DNA from: the human T2T-CHM13v2.0 reference genome, Homo sapiens
Strand: one strand, 5' to 3'
NCBI RefSeq assembly: GCF_009914755.1
Contig: NC_060939.1
Length of the DNA stretch: 64,000 bases
Below are positions 19,221-34,372 of the stretch, in pieces (position 1 is the first letter of the stretch; every line of letters begins with the position of its first letter). Under the pieces are notes generated by a model that saw only the letters and a list, made by a program, of their open reading frames with translations, was not told the DNA's origin and searched no databases. The translations under genes were made by a program, and so were the position numbers.

Positions 19221-21149
19221 CAAATCCCAGGTACCTTTTAAGATAGGCTTGCAACTTAAAGATGATACAGCCTTCTCTAACTATCTCTTATCCCAATTCA
19301 TCTCTTTCCTATGTATATTTTCAATAGACACCTGTGCTTCAAATGCATTAAGATACGTCCCAGAATGCAATCCATGGGTATGAACTGTGCAGGTACCACA
19401 TGTTACTCCTAACACTTAGGATCAGATGATTAATAGAAGGGGATTGTCTGTAAAATATGCAGTTATTCAGGTTACTACATAATAATGGAAAGAGTAAAAA
19501 ATCAAATTATTTCTTCAGTCTTTTACTACGAAGATTTCTGCATTTTGTTTTTGCTACTGCTATAAATGAGGGAGGCCTCATTTGTCCTATAGTAAAATGA
19601 TGAAAATCTGCCCATCATCCCCTCTACGATGAAGCCAGTGGAGAGTCATGGTGTTCTGTGACCGTGGTGCTGTGTGGCAGAGTGCACTCAACCACCTCTC
19701 AGACACACTCGATGTGTGCCCTGCAGCCCTGAGGCTGCTCCACAAGCCCCTCCCAGCATGACCCAGCCCCTGTTCCAGTGACTTCAGATCTATGTCTCAC
19801 TTCACTTCAGAATTCTTTAGGACAAATCGTTTTCAGAATATGGGAAATTACTTTCCCTTGTCTGATTGCCCTGGCTAGGACTTCAGTAGTGTGTTGAAGA
19901 GGAGTGGTCAGAGTGGGCATCCTTGTCTTGTTCCAGTTCTCAGAGGGGATGCTTTCAACTTTTCCCCATTCGGTATTATATTGGCTGCGGGTTTGTCATA
20001 GATGGCTTTTATTACAGTGAGATATGTCCTTTGTATCCCGATTTTGCCGAGAGTTTTAATCATAAAGGGATGCTGGATTTTGTTGAATGCTTTTTCTGCA
20101 TCTGTTGAGATGATCATGTGATTTTTGTATTTAATTCTGTTTATGTGGTGTATCACATTTATTGACTTGCATATGTTAAACCATTTCTGCATCCCTGGTA
20201 TGAAACCCACTTGGTCATGGTGGATTATCTTTTGATATGTTGTTGGATTTGGTTAGCTAATATTTTGTTAAGGATTTAGCATCTATGTTCATCAAGAATA
20301 TAGGTCTGTAGTTTTCTTTTTTGGTTATGTCCTTTCCTGGTTTTGGTATTAGGGTGATGCTGGCTTCACAGAATGAATTAGGGAGGGTCTCTTCTTTCTC
20401 TATCTTGTGGAACAGTTTCAAAAGGATTGGTACCAATTCCTTTTTGAATATCTGGTAGAATTCTGCTGTGAATCCGTCTGGTCCTGGACTTTTTTTTGTT
20501 GGTAATTTTTAAATTGTCATTTCAATCTTACTGCTGGTTACTGTTCTGTTCAGGGTATCTAATTCTTCCTGCCTTACGCTAGGAGGGTTGTATTTTTCCA
20601 GGAATTTATCCATCTCTTCTAGGTTTTCTAGTTTATGTGTGTAAAGTTATTCACAGTAGCCTTGAATGATCTTTTGTGTTTCAGTGGTGTCAGTTGTAAT
20701 ACCTCCCCCGTTTCATTTCTTATTGAGCTTATTTGGGTTTTCTCTCTTGTTTTCTTGGTTAATCTTGCTAATGGTCTATCAATTTTACTTATCTTTTCAA
20801 AGAACCGGCTTTTTGTTTCATTTATCTTTTGTATTTTTTTGTTTCAATTTCATTTAGTTCTGCTCTCATCTTGGTTATTTCCTTTCTTTTTCTGGGTTTG
20901 TTATTTCCTTTCTTTTGCTGGTTCTTGTTTCTCTAGTTCCTTGAGATGTGACCCTAGAGTGTCAGTTTGTGCTCTTTCAGTCTTTTTGATGCAGGCGTTT
21001 AGGGCTATGAACTTGCCTCTTAGCACCGCCTTTGCTGTATCCCAGAGGTTTTGACAGTTTGTGTCATTATTGTCTTTCAGTTCGAAGAATTTTTTAATTT
21101 CCATCTTGATTTCATTTTTGACCCAATGCTCATTCAGGAGCAAGTTATT

Positions 21150-23091
<1,942 letters not shown>

Positions 23092-23561
23092 AGGAGCAAG
23101 TTATTTAATTTCCATGTATTTGCATGGTTTTGAAGGTTCCTTTTGGAGTTGATTTCCAGTTTTATTGTACTGTGGTCTAAGTGCTTGATACAATTTTAAT
23201 TTTCTTAAATTTATTGAGGCTCGTTTTATGGCCTATCGGGCTATCTTGGAGAAAGTTCCACTTGCTGTTGAATAGAATGTGTATTCTGTGGTTCTTGGAT
23301 GAAATGTTCTGCATATATTTGTTAAGTCCATTTGTTCCAAGGTATAGTTCAAATCCATTGTTTCTTTGCTGACTTTTTGTCTTGATGACCTTGTCTTGTG
23401 CTGTCAGTAGAGTACTGAAGTCCCTCACGATTACTGTGTTGCTATCTATCTCATTTCTTTGGTCTGTTAGTAATTGTTTTATGAATTTTGGAGCTCCAGT
23501 GTTAGGTGCATATATGTTTAGGACTGTGATATTTTCCGGTTGGACAAGGCCTTTTATCATT

Positions 23562-23945
23562 TGTGATGATTAATACCAAGTGTCAACTTGATTGAATTGA
23601 AGGATACAAAGTATTGATCCTGAGTGTGTCTGTGAGGGTGTTGCCAAAGGAGATTAGCATTTGAGTCAGTGGGCTGGGAAAGGCAGACCCACCCTCAACC
23701 TGGGTGGGAACACTCTAATCAGCTGCTAGTGCAGATAAGACTATAAGCAGGCAGAAAAATGTGAAAAGGAGAGACTGGCCTAGCCTCCCAGCCTACATCT
23801 TTCTCCCATGCTGGATGCTTCCTGCCCTCAAACATTGGACTCCAAGTTCTTCAGTTTTGGAACTTGGACTGGCTCTCCTTGCTCCTCAGCCTGCAGACAG
23901 CCTATTGTGAGACCTTGTAATAATGTGAATTAATAATAAACTCAA

Positions 23946-23976
<31 letters not shown>

Positions 23977-24016
23977 TCCATTAGTTCTGTCCCTCTAGAG
24001 AACCTAGACTAACACA
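23562..24016 (+). mobile_element. MLT2A solo LTR inside L1PB
   Basis: TG...CA termini, 5-bp TSD tcatt/ccatt, internal (AT)n at ~23946-23976. Confidence 0.85.
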
Positions 24017-25002
24017 CCATTATACAAATGTCCCACTTTGTCTCTTTTAACTGCTGCTGCTTTAAAGTTTGTTTTGTCTGATATAAGAATAGCTACCCCT
24101 GCTCCCTTTTGGTGTCAATTTGCGTGAAATGCCTTTTTCCACCTCTTTAAGTTTATGTGAGTCCTTATGTGTTGGGTGAGTCTCCTGAAGGCAGCAGATG
24201 GTTGTTGAGTTCTGATGCTCCTGAAGCATGGAGTTCTGAGTTTCCTGAGGGCAGCAGTGGGTTGGTGAGTTCTTATCTATTCTGTGGTTCTGTATCTTTT
24301 AAGGGGAGCATTTAGGCTATTTACATTCAATGTTAGTATTGAGATGTGAGGTACCATTGCATTCATTGTGCTATTTGTTGCCTGAGTACTTTGGTTTTTT
24401 TGTTTTTGCTTTTTAACTTGTATTTTTGTTTTATAGGTCCTGTGTGATTTATGCTTTAAAGAGGTTCTGTTTTGATGTGTTTCCAAGATTTGTTTCAAGA
24501 TTTAGAGCTCCTTTTAGCAGTTCTTGTAATGGTGGCTTGGCAGTGGCGAATTCTCTCAGCATTTGTTTGTCTGAAAAAGATGGTATCTTTCCTTCATATA
24601 TGCTGCTTAGTTTCACTGGATACAAAATTCTTGGCTGATAATTGTTTTGTTTCAAGAGGCTGAAGATAGGGCCCTGATCCGTTTTAGCTTGTAGGGTTTC
24701 TGCTGAGAAATCTGCTGTTAATCTGATAGGTTTTCATTTATAGGTTACCTAGTGCCTCTGTGTCACAGCTCTTAAGATTCTTTCCTTTGTCTAACTTTGG
24801 ATAACCTGATGACAATGTACCTAGGTGATAATCTTTTTGTGATGGATTTCCCAGGTGTTCTTTGTGTTTCTTGTACTTGGATATCTAGGTCTCTAGCAAG
24901 GCTGGGGAAAATTTTCTCTATTACTCCCCCAAATATGTTTTCCAAGCTTTTAGAATTCTCTTCTTTCTCAGGGACACTGATCATTCTTAGGGTTGGTCAT
25001 TT

Positions 25003-25790
25003 TGTTACACCCGAGCGAGTTCCATGGTTTGCAAACATTTAAAAATGAACTTATGTTTCTAAACATTCTGTAGCTTTCTTCTTCCTATTGACTCATTAGC
25101 AATATTTGTTTTTTCCTGATTATAAAAGTAACAAATACTCAATGTAGACATTTTATAAAACATACAAAAGTAAAAAGATGTAAATTAAAATCATCCATAA
25201 TAAAAATGGCTTAATACTGTGAACCATTGTTTAAAAAAAAGAAAAGAAAAGAAAAGAAAAACACCACACTTTGAGACAAATTAAGAGTCCTTTATTTAAG
25301 CCGGCGGCCAAGAGAGGGATTGACGCTCCAAAATTCTCTCAGCCCCAAAGAAGGGGCTCGATTTAACTTTTATATCTTGGTTTAGGAAGGGGGGGTCTAG
25401 TTAAAACAATTTTACAGAAGTAAAGTAGGCAAAAGTTAAAAGGATAAATGGTTACAGGCAAGTAAACAGTTCTAGGTGCAGGGGCTTTAAGACAATTACA
25501 AGGTGATAGGCCCGGGGCTTGGGGCGTTATCAATCAGAGGAATTCCTAGGAATTGTGGATACAGCTTGCCACAGTATCTTATCAGTTAATTGCATTCTTG
25601 GATGTGCTGGGAGTCAGCTTGCACAAGTTAAGTCCTTGAGGAAGGGGCTGCCAGTGAAAGAGCCAAGATAGAATCTGTCTGGTTCTCTTAGCTAAGGAAG
25701 AGTCCATTCAGATGGAAACAAGGCTAGGTGATTAAAGGAAAAAGGGAGAGTCTAAAAACATGGTTAGTAAAAACGAGGTTGGGCATTACA
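25003..25790 (-). mobile_element. ERV1 solo LTR (LTR6/HERV-S71-like) inside L1PB, carrying a ~240-bp foreign insert
   Basis: TG...CA termini, 4-bp TSD attt (24999-25002, 25791-25794). Minus strand begins tgtaatgcccaacctcgtttttactaacc. Family name from memory. Confidence 0.7.
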
Positions 25791-28700
25791 ATTTAACATA
25801 GTCCCAGACTTCTTGGAGGCTTCGTTCATATTTTTTCTTTTTTCTTTATCTTTGTTGGATTGGGTTAATTTGAAGACCTTGTCTTCAAGCTCTGAATTTC
25901 TTTCTTCTACTTGTTGAATTCTATTCCTGAGACTTTCCAGAGCACTTTGCATTTCTATAAGTGTGTCCAGTGTTTCCTGAATTTTTTATTGTTTTTTCCT
26001 TATGCTGTCTATTTCCATGAATATTTCTCCCTTCACTTCTTGTATCATTTTTGGATTTCCTTGCATTGGGCTTTGCCTTTCTCTGGTGCCTCCCTGATTT
26101 GTTTAATAACTAACCTCCTGAATTCTTTTTCAGGTAGATCAGGGACTTCTTGGTTTGGATCCATTGTTGGTAAACTAGTGTGATTTTTTGGGGGTGTTAA
26201 AGTTTTGTCATATTACCAGGGTTGGTTTTCTAATTCCTTCTCATTTGGGTAGGCTCTGTCAGAGGGAAGGTCTAGGGCTGAAGGCTGTTGTTCAGATTCT
26301 TTTTTTCCCATGGGGTGTTCCCTTGGTGTGGTAATCTCCCTCTTTGCCTATGGATGTGGCTTCCTATGAGCGGAACTGCAGTGATTGTTGTCTGTCTTCT
26401 GGGTCTGGCCACCCAGCAAGTTCTATCAGGCTCCAGGCTGGTACTCAGGGTGGTCTGCACAGAGTCCTGTGATGTGAACCGTCAATGGGTCTCTCAGCGT
26501 GGATATCAGTGCCTGTTCCGGTAGAGGTGGCAGCGGGGTGCAATGGACTATGTGAGGGTTCTTAGCTTTGGTGGTTTAATGCTCTATTTTTGTGCTGGTT
26601 GGCCTCCTGACGGGAGGTGGCACTTTCCAGAAAGCATTGGCTGTGGTGGGTGTGGAGAGGAACCTACGGTGGGCAGGGCCCTAGAACTCCTAAGAGTATA
26701 TGCCCTTTGTCTTCATACCCCACGCTCATGGATGGGTAGAATCAATATTGTGAAAACGATCATACGGCCAAAAGCAATCTACAAATTCAATGCAATCCCC
26801 ATCAAAATACCACCACCATTCTTCATAGGATTAGAAAAAACAATTCTAAAATTCATACAAAACCAAAAAAGAGCCCAGGTAGCCAAAGCAAGACTAAGCA
26901 AAAAGAACAAATCTGGAGTCATCACATTACCTGTTTTCAAACTATACTATAAAGCCACAGTCACCAAAACAGCATAATACTGGTATAAAAATAGGCACAC
27001 AGACCAATGGAATAGAATAGAGAACCCAGAAATAAGCCCAAATATTTATAGCCAACTGATCTTCGACAAAGCAAACAAAAACATAAAGTGGGGAAAGGAC
27101 ACCCTCTTCAATAAATGGTGTTGGGATAACTGGCTAGCCACATGTAGGAGAATGAAACTGGATCCTCATCTCTCAACTTACACAAAAGTCAACTCAAGAT
27201 GGATTAAAGACTTAAATCTAAGACCTGAAACTATAAAAATTATAGAAGATAACTTTGGAGAAACCCTTCTAGATGTTGGCTTAGGCAAGGATTTCATGAC
27301 CAGGAACCCAAAAACAAATGCAATAAAAACAAAGATAGTCGGGACTTCAACTAAAGAGCTTTTGCATGGCCAAAGGAACAGTTATCAGAGTAAACAGACA
27401 ACCCACAGGGTGGCAGAACATCTTCACAATCTATACATCTGACAAAGAACTAATTTCCAGAATCTACAATGAACTCAAACAAATCAGTAAGAAAAAAAAA
27501 CAAACAATCCCATCAAAAAGTGGGCTAAGGACATGAATAGAGAATTCTCAAAAGAAGATATACAAATGGCCAAGAAACATATGAAAAAATGCTCAACATC
27601 ATTAGTCATCAGGAAAAGGCAAATCAAAACCATAATGCAATACCATCTTACTCCTGCAAGAATGGCCATAATCAAAAAATCAAAAAATCAAAAAATAGTA
27701 GATGTTGCCGTGGATGCAGTAAACAGGGAACACTTCTATGCTGCTGGTGGGAATGTAAACTAATGCAATCACTATGGAAAACAGTGTGGAGCTTCCTTAA
27801 AGAACTAAAATAGAACTACCATTTGATCCAGCAATCCCACTACTGGTTATCTATGCAGAGGAAAAGAAGTGATTATATGAAAAGGATACTTCACACGCAT
27901 GTTTATAGCAGCACAGTTCGCAATTGCAAAACTGTGGAAACAATCCAAATGCCCATCAGTCAATGAGTGTACAAAGGAACTGTGGTGCATATATATATAT
28001 ATATATGATGGAATACTACTCAGCCATAAAAAGGAATGAATTAATGGCATTTGCAGTGACCTGGATGAGATTGGAGACTACTATTCTAAGTGAAGTAAAT
28101 CAAGAATGGAAAACCAAACATCGTATGTTCTCACTAATATGTGGGAGCTAAGCTATGAGGATGCAAAGGTGTAAGAGTAATACAATGGACTGTGGGTAAT
28201 TGAGGGGAAAAGTAGGAAGGGGGTGAGGGATAAAGGACTACAAATAGGATGCAGTTATGCTGCTCTGGTGATGGGTGCACCAAAATCTCACAAGTCACCA
28301 CTAAAGATCCTACGCATGCAACCAAATACCACCTGTTCGCCAATAACTTATGGAAAAATAAAAAATAAAAATAAAAAAGAAAATTGGAAATTAAAGCTTT
28401 AAGTAGAGAGGCGAGACAGTAGGCCAGAAGTCGCTGTGCTTAATGGCAGCAGCCCTGGCCACCTGCCTGATTTCTAGGGCTTATTTGAGGCTGTGGGCTG
28501 GGGAGACCCGCTGGGCTGGCTCAGGGGTCTGCGTGGGCTGGCTCCAGTGCCCAGCCTAGAACCTTCAGGGACTTGGCCTACGCAAAGCCTGGCCTACTAG
28601 TTTTCATTTAGCGCATGTGAATTCAGAGAAACCAGGATCAGAAAGGTTCCTATTAGGTCTGTTATGATTCTGTCCAAGCTCATTAGAATTTAAATTTTTA

Positions 28701-29484
28701 CCTTTAAACGCACGTTATTTTTGGCTCTGCATTGCATTTATTATTATATTTTATGCAAAGAAGCCTGGCCTTTATGACCGATCAGTATTTGTGATTTTTC
28801 ACTTTTCATGCAATTAAAGCCCATTAGAACACAGGCACGTGGCACAGGAAATGCACTCATGTGGCTGAGGAAGGAGAGGAGCTGCCGCATTCTTTGTTTC
28901 TAATTGTGCTTTATCTGCTAATTGCGTTTCTACCTGCTCCACAGGAACGGTGGGAAACTTACATCGAAAAATATATATCTAAAGGAATTTAGAACTCCTT
29001 TAAAATCTCAAATCTGATGAGAATCTAGGGTTTTCTTTGGTGCATGAACGTGTATACACAAAACATTTAGGAAAAAGTTATTTAATTCCAGAAAATAGAA
29101 CCTTTATTATATAAATTATACAATTAAGTCTTATAACATTCGTTGACCTTTTAGGGAAAAAAAAAAACTACCTGCTTTTCATTTCTAGCATCAGATATTT
29201 CACCTTTATTTTGGTCTTCATTTCGTCATATTCCGTTTGCTAATTCATCTCTTGCTCTGCAACAGATGTTCAAATTATTTGTGAAATAGTAGATCTGAGT
29301 CACAGGCTTTTAATTTTTCATTTCATGTGTGCCATCGTGAAGAGGGAGAGAGAGACAGGATGAGAATAAATCTGAGGACTGTGGGAATCTGCGATGCCAG
29401 TTGGAACTCCTGCCAAGAAGGAAATTGTCAAGTGAGAGCACCAAGCCAGAATCTGGAGTTCTCTTTGAAAGCATGTCTTCCTAG

Positions 29485-29838
<354 letters not shown>

Positions 29839-30343
29839 ACACTTTCAAGGACAGCTTAGCTTGCTGAGTTAGTAACGTTCACACAAGCCTCCTCTTGAAC
29901 AGGAAAATAAGACTGGCACTCCTGAGGCACTCTTATCACACGAGAGACATGGAATAAGTTAGAGATTCCTCCTCCCTGTCTTGCCTTCGTCTCCTTCTGA
30001 GGCTCTTCTGTTAATAATGTAGACTTGCACTTTTAGGCCCGACTCAGAAATTTCATTAATTAGCACGGTCATCAAAGTAGAGCTCCACTTTGCTGACAGA
30101 AAGGGAGAAAGGGCTAAAGAGAATCGTGCTGGGTAACAGGAAAATAAGGAACACTGCACGATTTTCCACCACAGAGACCCAAGCAAGAATGTTCGCAGCA
30201 GCAGTGCTTGGAATAACAAAAGATTGGAAAGAATCGACATGAGGTTCTGTCAAGTTAACTTGGGAAAACAGTGTTTCAAAAACATTAAATTAGGAGCTCT
30301 CCTGCATGACTTCTCCAACTTGTAACATTTCAGTGTGTGTTGT

Positions 30344-30875
30344 TGTCAGAGGTGTTTGAACCAGAGTAACTCCATCTTGGATAGGGGCTGGGTAAAATAA
30401 GGCTGAGACCTACTGGGCTGCATTCCCAGATGGTTAGGCATTCTAATGAGATAGGAGGTCAGCACAAGATACAGGTCATAAAGACCTTGCTGATAAAACA
30501 GTTTGCAGTAAAGAAGCTGGCCAAATCCCATCAAAACCAAGATGGTGACAAGAGTGATCTCTGGGTCATCCTCACTGCTACACTCCCATCAGCGCCATGA
30601 GTTTACAAATCCCATGACAATGTCAGGAAGTTACCCTATATGGTCAAAAAGAAAAGGCATGAATAATCCTCCCCTTGTTTAGCATATCATCACGAAATTA
30701 CCATGAAAATGGGCAACCAGCATCCCTTAGGGCTGCTCTGCCTATGGAGAGCCATTCTTTATTCCTTTACTTAATAAACTTTCACTTTACTCTATGGGCT
30801 CGCCTCTAATTCTTTCTTGCGCAAGATCCAATAGCCCTCTCTTGGGGTCTGGATTGGGACCCCTTTTCGGTAACA
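30344..30875 (+). mobile_element. MER41A-like solo LTR
   Basis: tgtcagaggtgtttgaaccagag...cccttttcggtaaca; 4-bp TSD ttgt/ctgt. Confidence 0.85.
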
Positions 30876-32329
30876 CTGTCACCCTCCAAGAAGAGAGGCT
30901 GAGCATGCTGAGTGGACCACGTTTTCCTCCTCCTCTTCCTTCTTACATTTAAAATAACACCCATTTGCATCTCCCGTCACTCATGCTCAGGAGAATGTGC
31001 TGTGAGAAGTGCAGAATGAGATGTTCAGGAGAGGCTCAGGGGCCTGCTTCAGTCTCCAGACATTCCAGCTTCCGAGGGGGCCCTGCAGGGCCACCAGCTC
31101 CCTCACGCTCACCCCACTAGGAATTACTCTATTTACAGACAAAAATGCCTGCCAGTTGGTATTTGTCCTTTCCTAGAACATACCATAAATACAAAGCAAT
31201 AAAGAATAACGTTTTTATGAGTTTAAGTTTTTGTCTGGTCTCTAATCCAGCAGAATAGCATGTGATACAATCTCATGACTTTCAGAGCTATACAGGAGAA
31301 AACTGCTCATAGCAGTGTCGTGTGTTTCCAGGCAAAACTGAAAACATGAATACAGCACTGGACACCTGGTCAGTCCTTAACAAATTACTCTCCGTTGCTC
31401 AACTTCAATGACAAGAACAAATCAAACAAAGAAGCTGGGCAGGGCTGCTGCTGACTGGTCACCTGACGGCCAATGGACAGTGACTTTTAAAGTTTACTTT
31501 CTTTTATTCTTGGGGGAGATCATATAGTATTTGAGGGTATAGTTGGGGAACACCACATTAAAAAATCGCAATTCTTAGCTTCTCTTGAAAAGTTTCGAGT
31601 TCCAGGTTCACTAGGCCGTGGGTGGCAGCCGCTCCCTCCAGACAAGTCCTCCTGGTTCTGGGCTGGAGAGAGTTTGTCTGGCTTGGCTCCCGGCAGCCTC
31701 TGGGATTCTGTTTCTTCCTCTCTGCAAAGAAAGGTGCCCAGCTCCAATGGCTCTCTATCTTCCATGTGGGGACACCTCTTCTGCTGTCATATCTGTACCT
31801 GTGAGCCTGTTCCTTCGTAGACATGCTAGCAGGGAGTCCAGTGGACACAGACACACATACATGGGTTGACTCAGCTACGTGTAACTGGATATCAGTTTAG
31901 CCACTAATACCCCCTAAAAATGAGCTATAAATCCGAGAAACAGTTCGGATGGTCTTTTTTCCCACTGGAGACCACACTTCTTGCAGACACTAAAGCCCTG
32001 CTAAACACAATGCGGGCCCAGTAGAACTCCTGTAGTGGCGCTCCTGGCCAGGGTGGGGGTGGAGGGAATGGAAAGGTAGCCAGAGAGGCTGGTTCTGGAG
32101 CCCCTGCGCCTGCAGCCCTTTCCCCAGTCCCTGCAACAGGAAGGCCTCATCCTTCTACACTGCAGGTATCCCAGCAGACGAAAAGCAGGCACTCTCTGGA
32201 GAGGGCTCAGCTGACAGAGGACTGACAGACGTCCCAGTGCACATGAAGTAAAGTCTGAAGCTTGCCCGCCCCCAGCTCGCGCCCAGCTCTGCCTGTGAAC
32301 ACAGATAGCTCCACCTCTGTACTCAGAAG

Positions 32330-33653
32330 TGTGTCCAGAATTGATGGGTTCTTGGTCGCACTGACTTCCCGAACGAAGCCGTGGACCCTCACACTGAGTG
32401 TTACAGTTCTTAAAGACACCGTGTCCAGACTTTGTTCCTTCTGGTGTTCGGATGTGTTCACAGTTTCTTCCTTCTGGTGGGTTCGTCGTCTCGCTGGCTC
32501 AGCAGTGAAGCTACAGACCTTCGTGGTGAGTGTTACAGCTCTCAAGTCGGCGCGTCTGGAGTTGTTCGTTCCTCCCGGTGGGTTTGTGGTCTCACTGGCT
32601 TCAGGAGTGAAGCTGCAGACCTTTGCAGTGAGTGTTACAGGTGATAAAGGCAGCTTGGACCCAAAGAGTGAGCAGCAGCAACTTATTGCAAACATTGAAA
32701 GAACAAAGCTTCCACACTTGTGGAAGGGAACTGCGCCGGGTTGCCACTGCTGGCTCGGGCAGCCCGCTTTTATTCTTATTTGGCCCCACCCACATCCTGC
32801 TGATTGGTCCATTTTACAGAGAGCCGATTGGTCTGTTTTACAGAGAGCTGATTGGTCCGCTTTGACAGGGTGCTGATTGGTGCATTTACAATCCCTGAGC
32901 TAGACACAAAAGTTCTCCACCTCCTCACTAGATTAGCTAGATACAGAGTGTCCACTGGTGTATTTACAAACCCTGAGCTAGACACAGGGTGTTGATTGGT
33001 GTATTTACAATCCCTTAGCTAGACATAAAGGTTCTCCAAGTCCCCACCAGACTCAGGAGCCCAGCTGGCTTCACCCAGTGGATCCGGCACCGGGCCGCAG
33101 GTGGAGCTGCCTGCCAGTCCCCTGCCGGGCACCCACACTCCTTAGCCCTTGGGTGGTCCATGGGACTGGGCACCGTGGAGCAGGGGGCGGTGCACACTGG
33201 GGAGGCTCCCGCAGCACAGGAGCCCACGGAGGTTGGGGAGGCTCAGGCATGGCGGGCTGCAGGTCCTGAGCCCTGCCCCGCGGGAAGGCAGCTAAGGCCT
33301 GGTGAGAAACTGAGCACAGCAGCTACTGGCCCACGTGCTAAGCCCCTCACTGCCCGGGCCGGCGGGCTGGCCGGCCGCTCTGAGTGCGGGGCCGCTGAGC
33401 CCATGCCCACCCAGAACTCACGCTGGCCCGCAAGCACCAGGCACAGCCCCGGTTCCCGCTCACGCCTCTCCCTCCACACCTCCCTGCAAGCTAAGGGAAC
33501 AGGCTCCGGCCTTGGCCAGCCCAGAAAGGGGCTCCCACAGTGCAGCAGCGGGCTGAAGGGCTCCTCAAGCACAGCCAGAGTGGGCACCAAGGCCGAGGAG
33601 GCGCCCAGAGCCAGAGAGGGCTGTGAGGGCTGCCAGCACGCTGTCACCTCTCA
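32330..33653 (-). mobile_element. Long solo LTR12 (LTR12C/D/E-type, ERV9), 1324 bp
   Basis: Minus strand starts tgagaggtgacagcgtgctggcag. TG...CA termini, perfect 4-bp TSD gaag, tandem CCAAT repeats, GC/CpG-rich U3. Confidence 0.92.
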
Positions 33654-34230
33654 GAAGCAGGAGAAGTCCCGCCCAAGAGAAAACAAAAACTATACACACT
33701 GACTTTCGGGGATCTCCCAAGAAATGCTAGATGATTAGATGATCCACCCGAGTCCATGTAGCTGTGACAGATGATGAACCTTGAAGATCTTGTTGCATTT
33801 TGGTGGGGAACTGTGGGAATCGGGCAGGGAATCACTTTCACCCGCAGCTTACCAGGACCTATCTACAGGGATGACAAAAGCATCCCCTAACAGGTGGCTG
33901 GAGACCTGAGGCTCACCAAGTGCCCCAGTCATGAAATCACAGAAAAAAACTACCAGAGGCCAGTGCATTGCTCTCCCTGCCTGGCAGGTGCAAAGTCAGT
34001 GGAGAGAAGTAGTATCACGGTCGAGCATGCGGTGAGAACAACGCCCACGGAACCGGGGGACACATGGCAAGGGCTGAAGCTGCAAGTTCTGAGCACGTCA
34101 GCCCCTGCGCCTCACCCCCACCTTCCTGTTCTCCAAACTGAAATGAGCCTCCGGGCCTTGTCCCCAACCACTTCCCTGCATCCTTTAGGCCTCGGCTTGC
34201 AGGCCAGGTGCTCAGAGAGGTATTGGCCAC

Positions 34231-34372
34231 GTCCACCACACCTCCCCACGTCTTTCCTCGGAGGACTTCCTGTTGTCTGAAACTGTCCACCGCAGCTCCC
34301 CGTGTCTTTCCTTGGAGCACTTCCTGTTGTCTGACACTGTCCACCACAGCCCCCCACGTCTTTCTTTGGAGC
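34231..34372. repeat. 54-bp minisatellite, ~2.6 copies
   Basis: Units start at 34231, 34285 and 34339 (gtccaccacacctccccacgtctttcctcggaggacttcctgttgtctgaaact-like). Confidence 0.9.

Noticed and set aside
30344-30875. MER41 as an interferon-inducible STAT1 enhancer
   Set aside because: It looks like the MER41A type, and I could not see the tandem TTCnnnGAA GAS motifs associated with MER41B.
32207-33702. Overlapping 130-204-aa ORFs and CpG-island-like composition
   Set aside because: Explained by the GC-rich LTR12 sequence.
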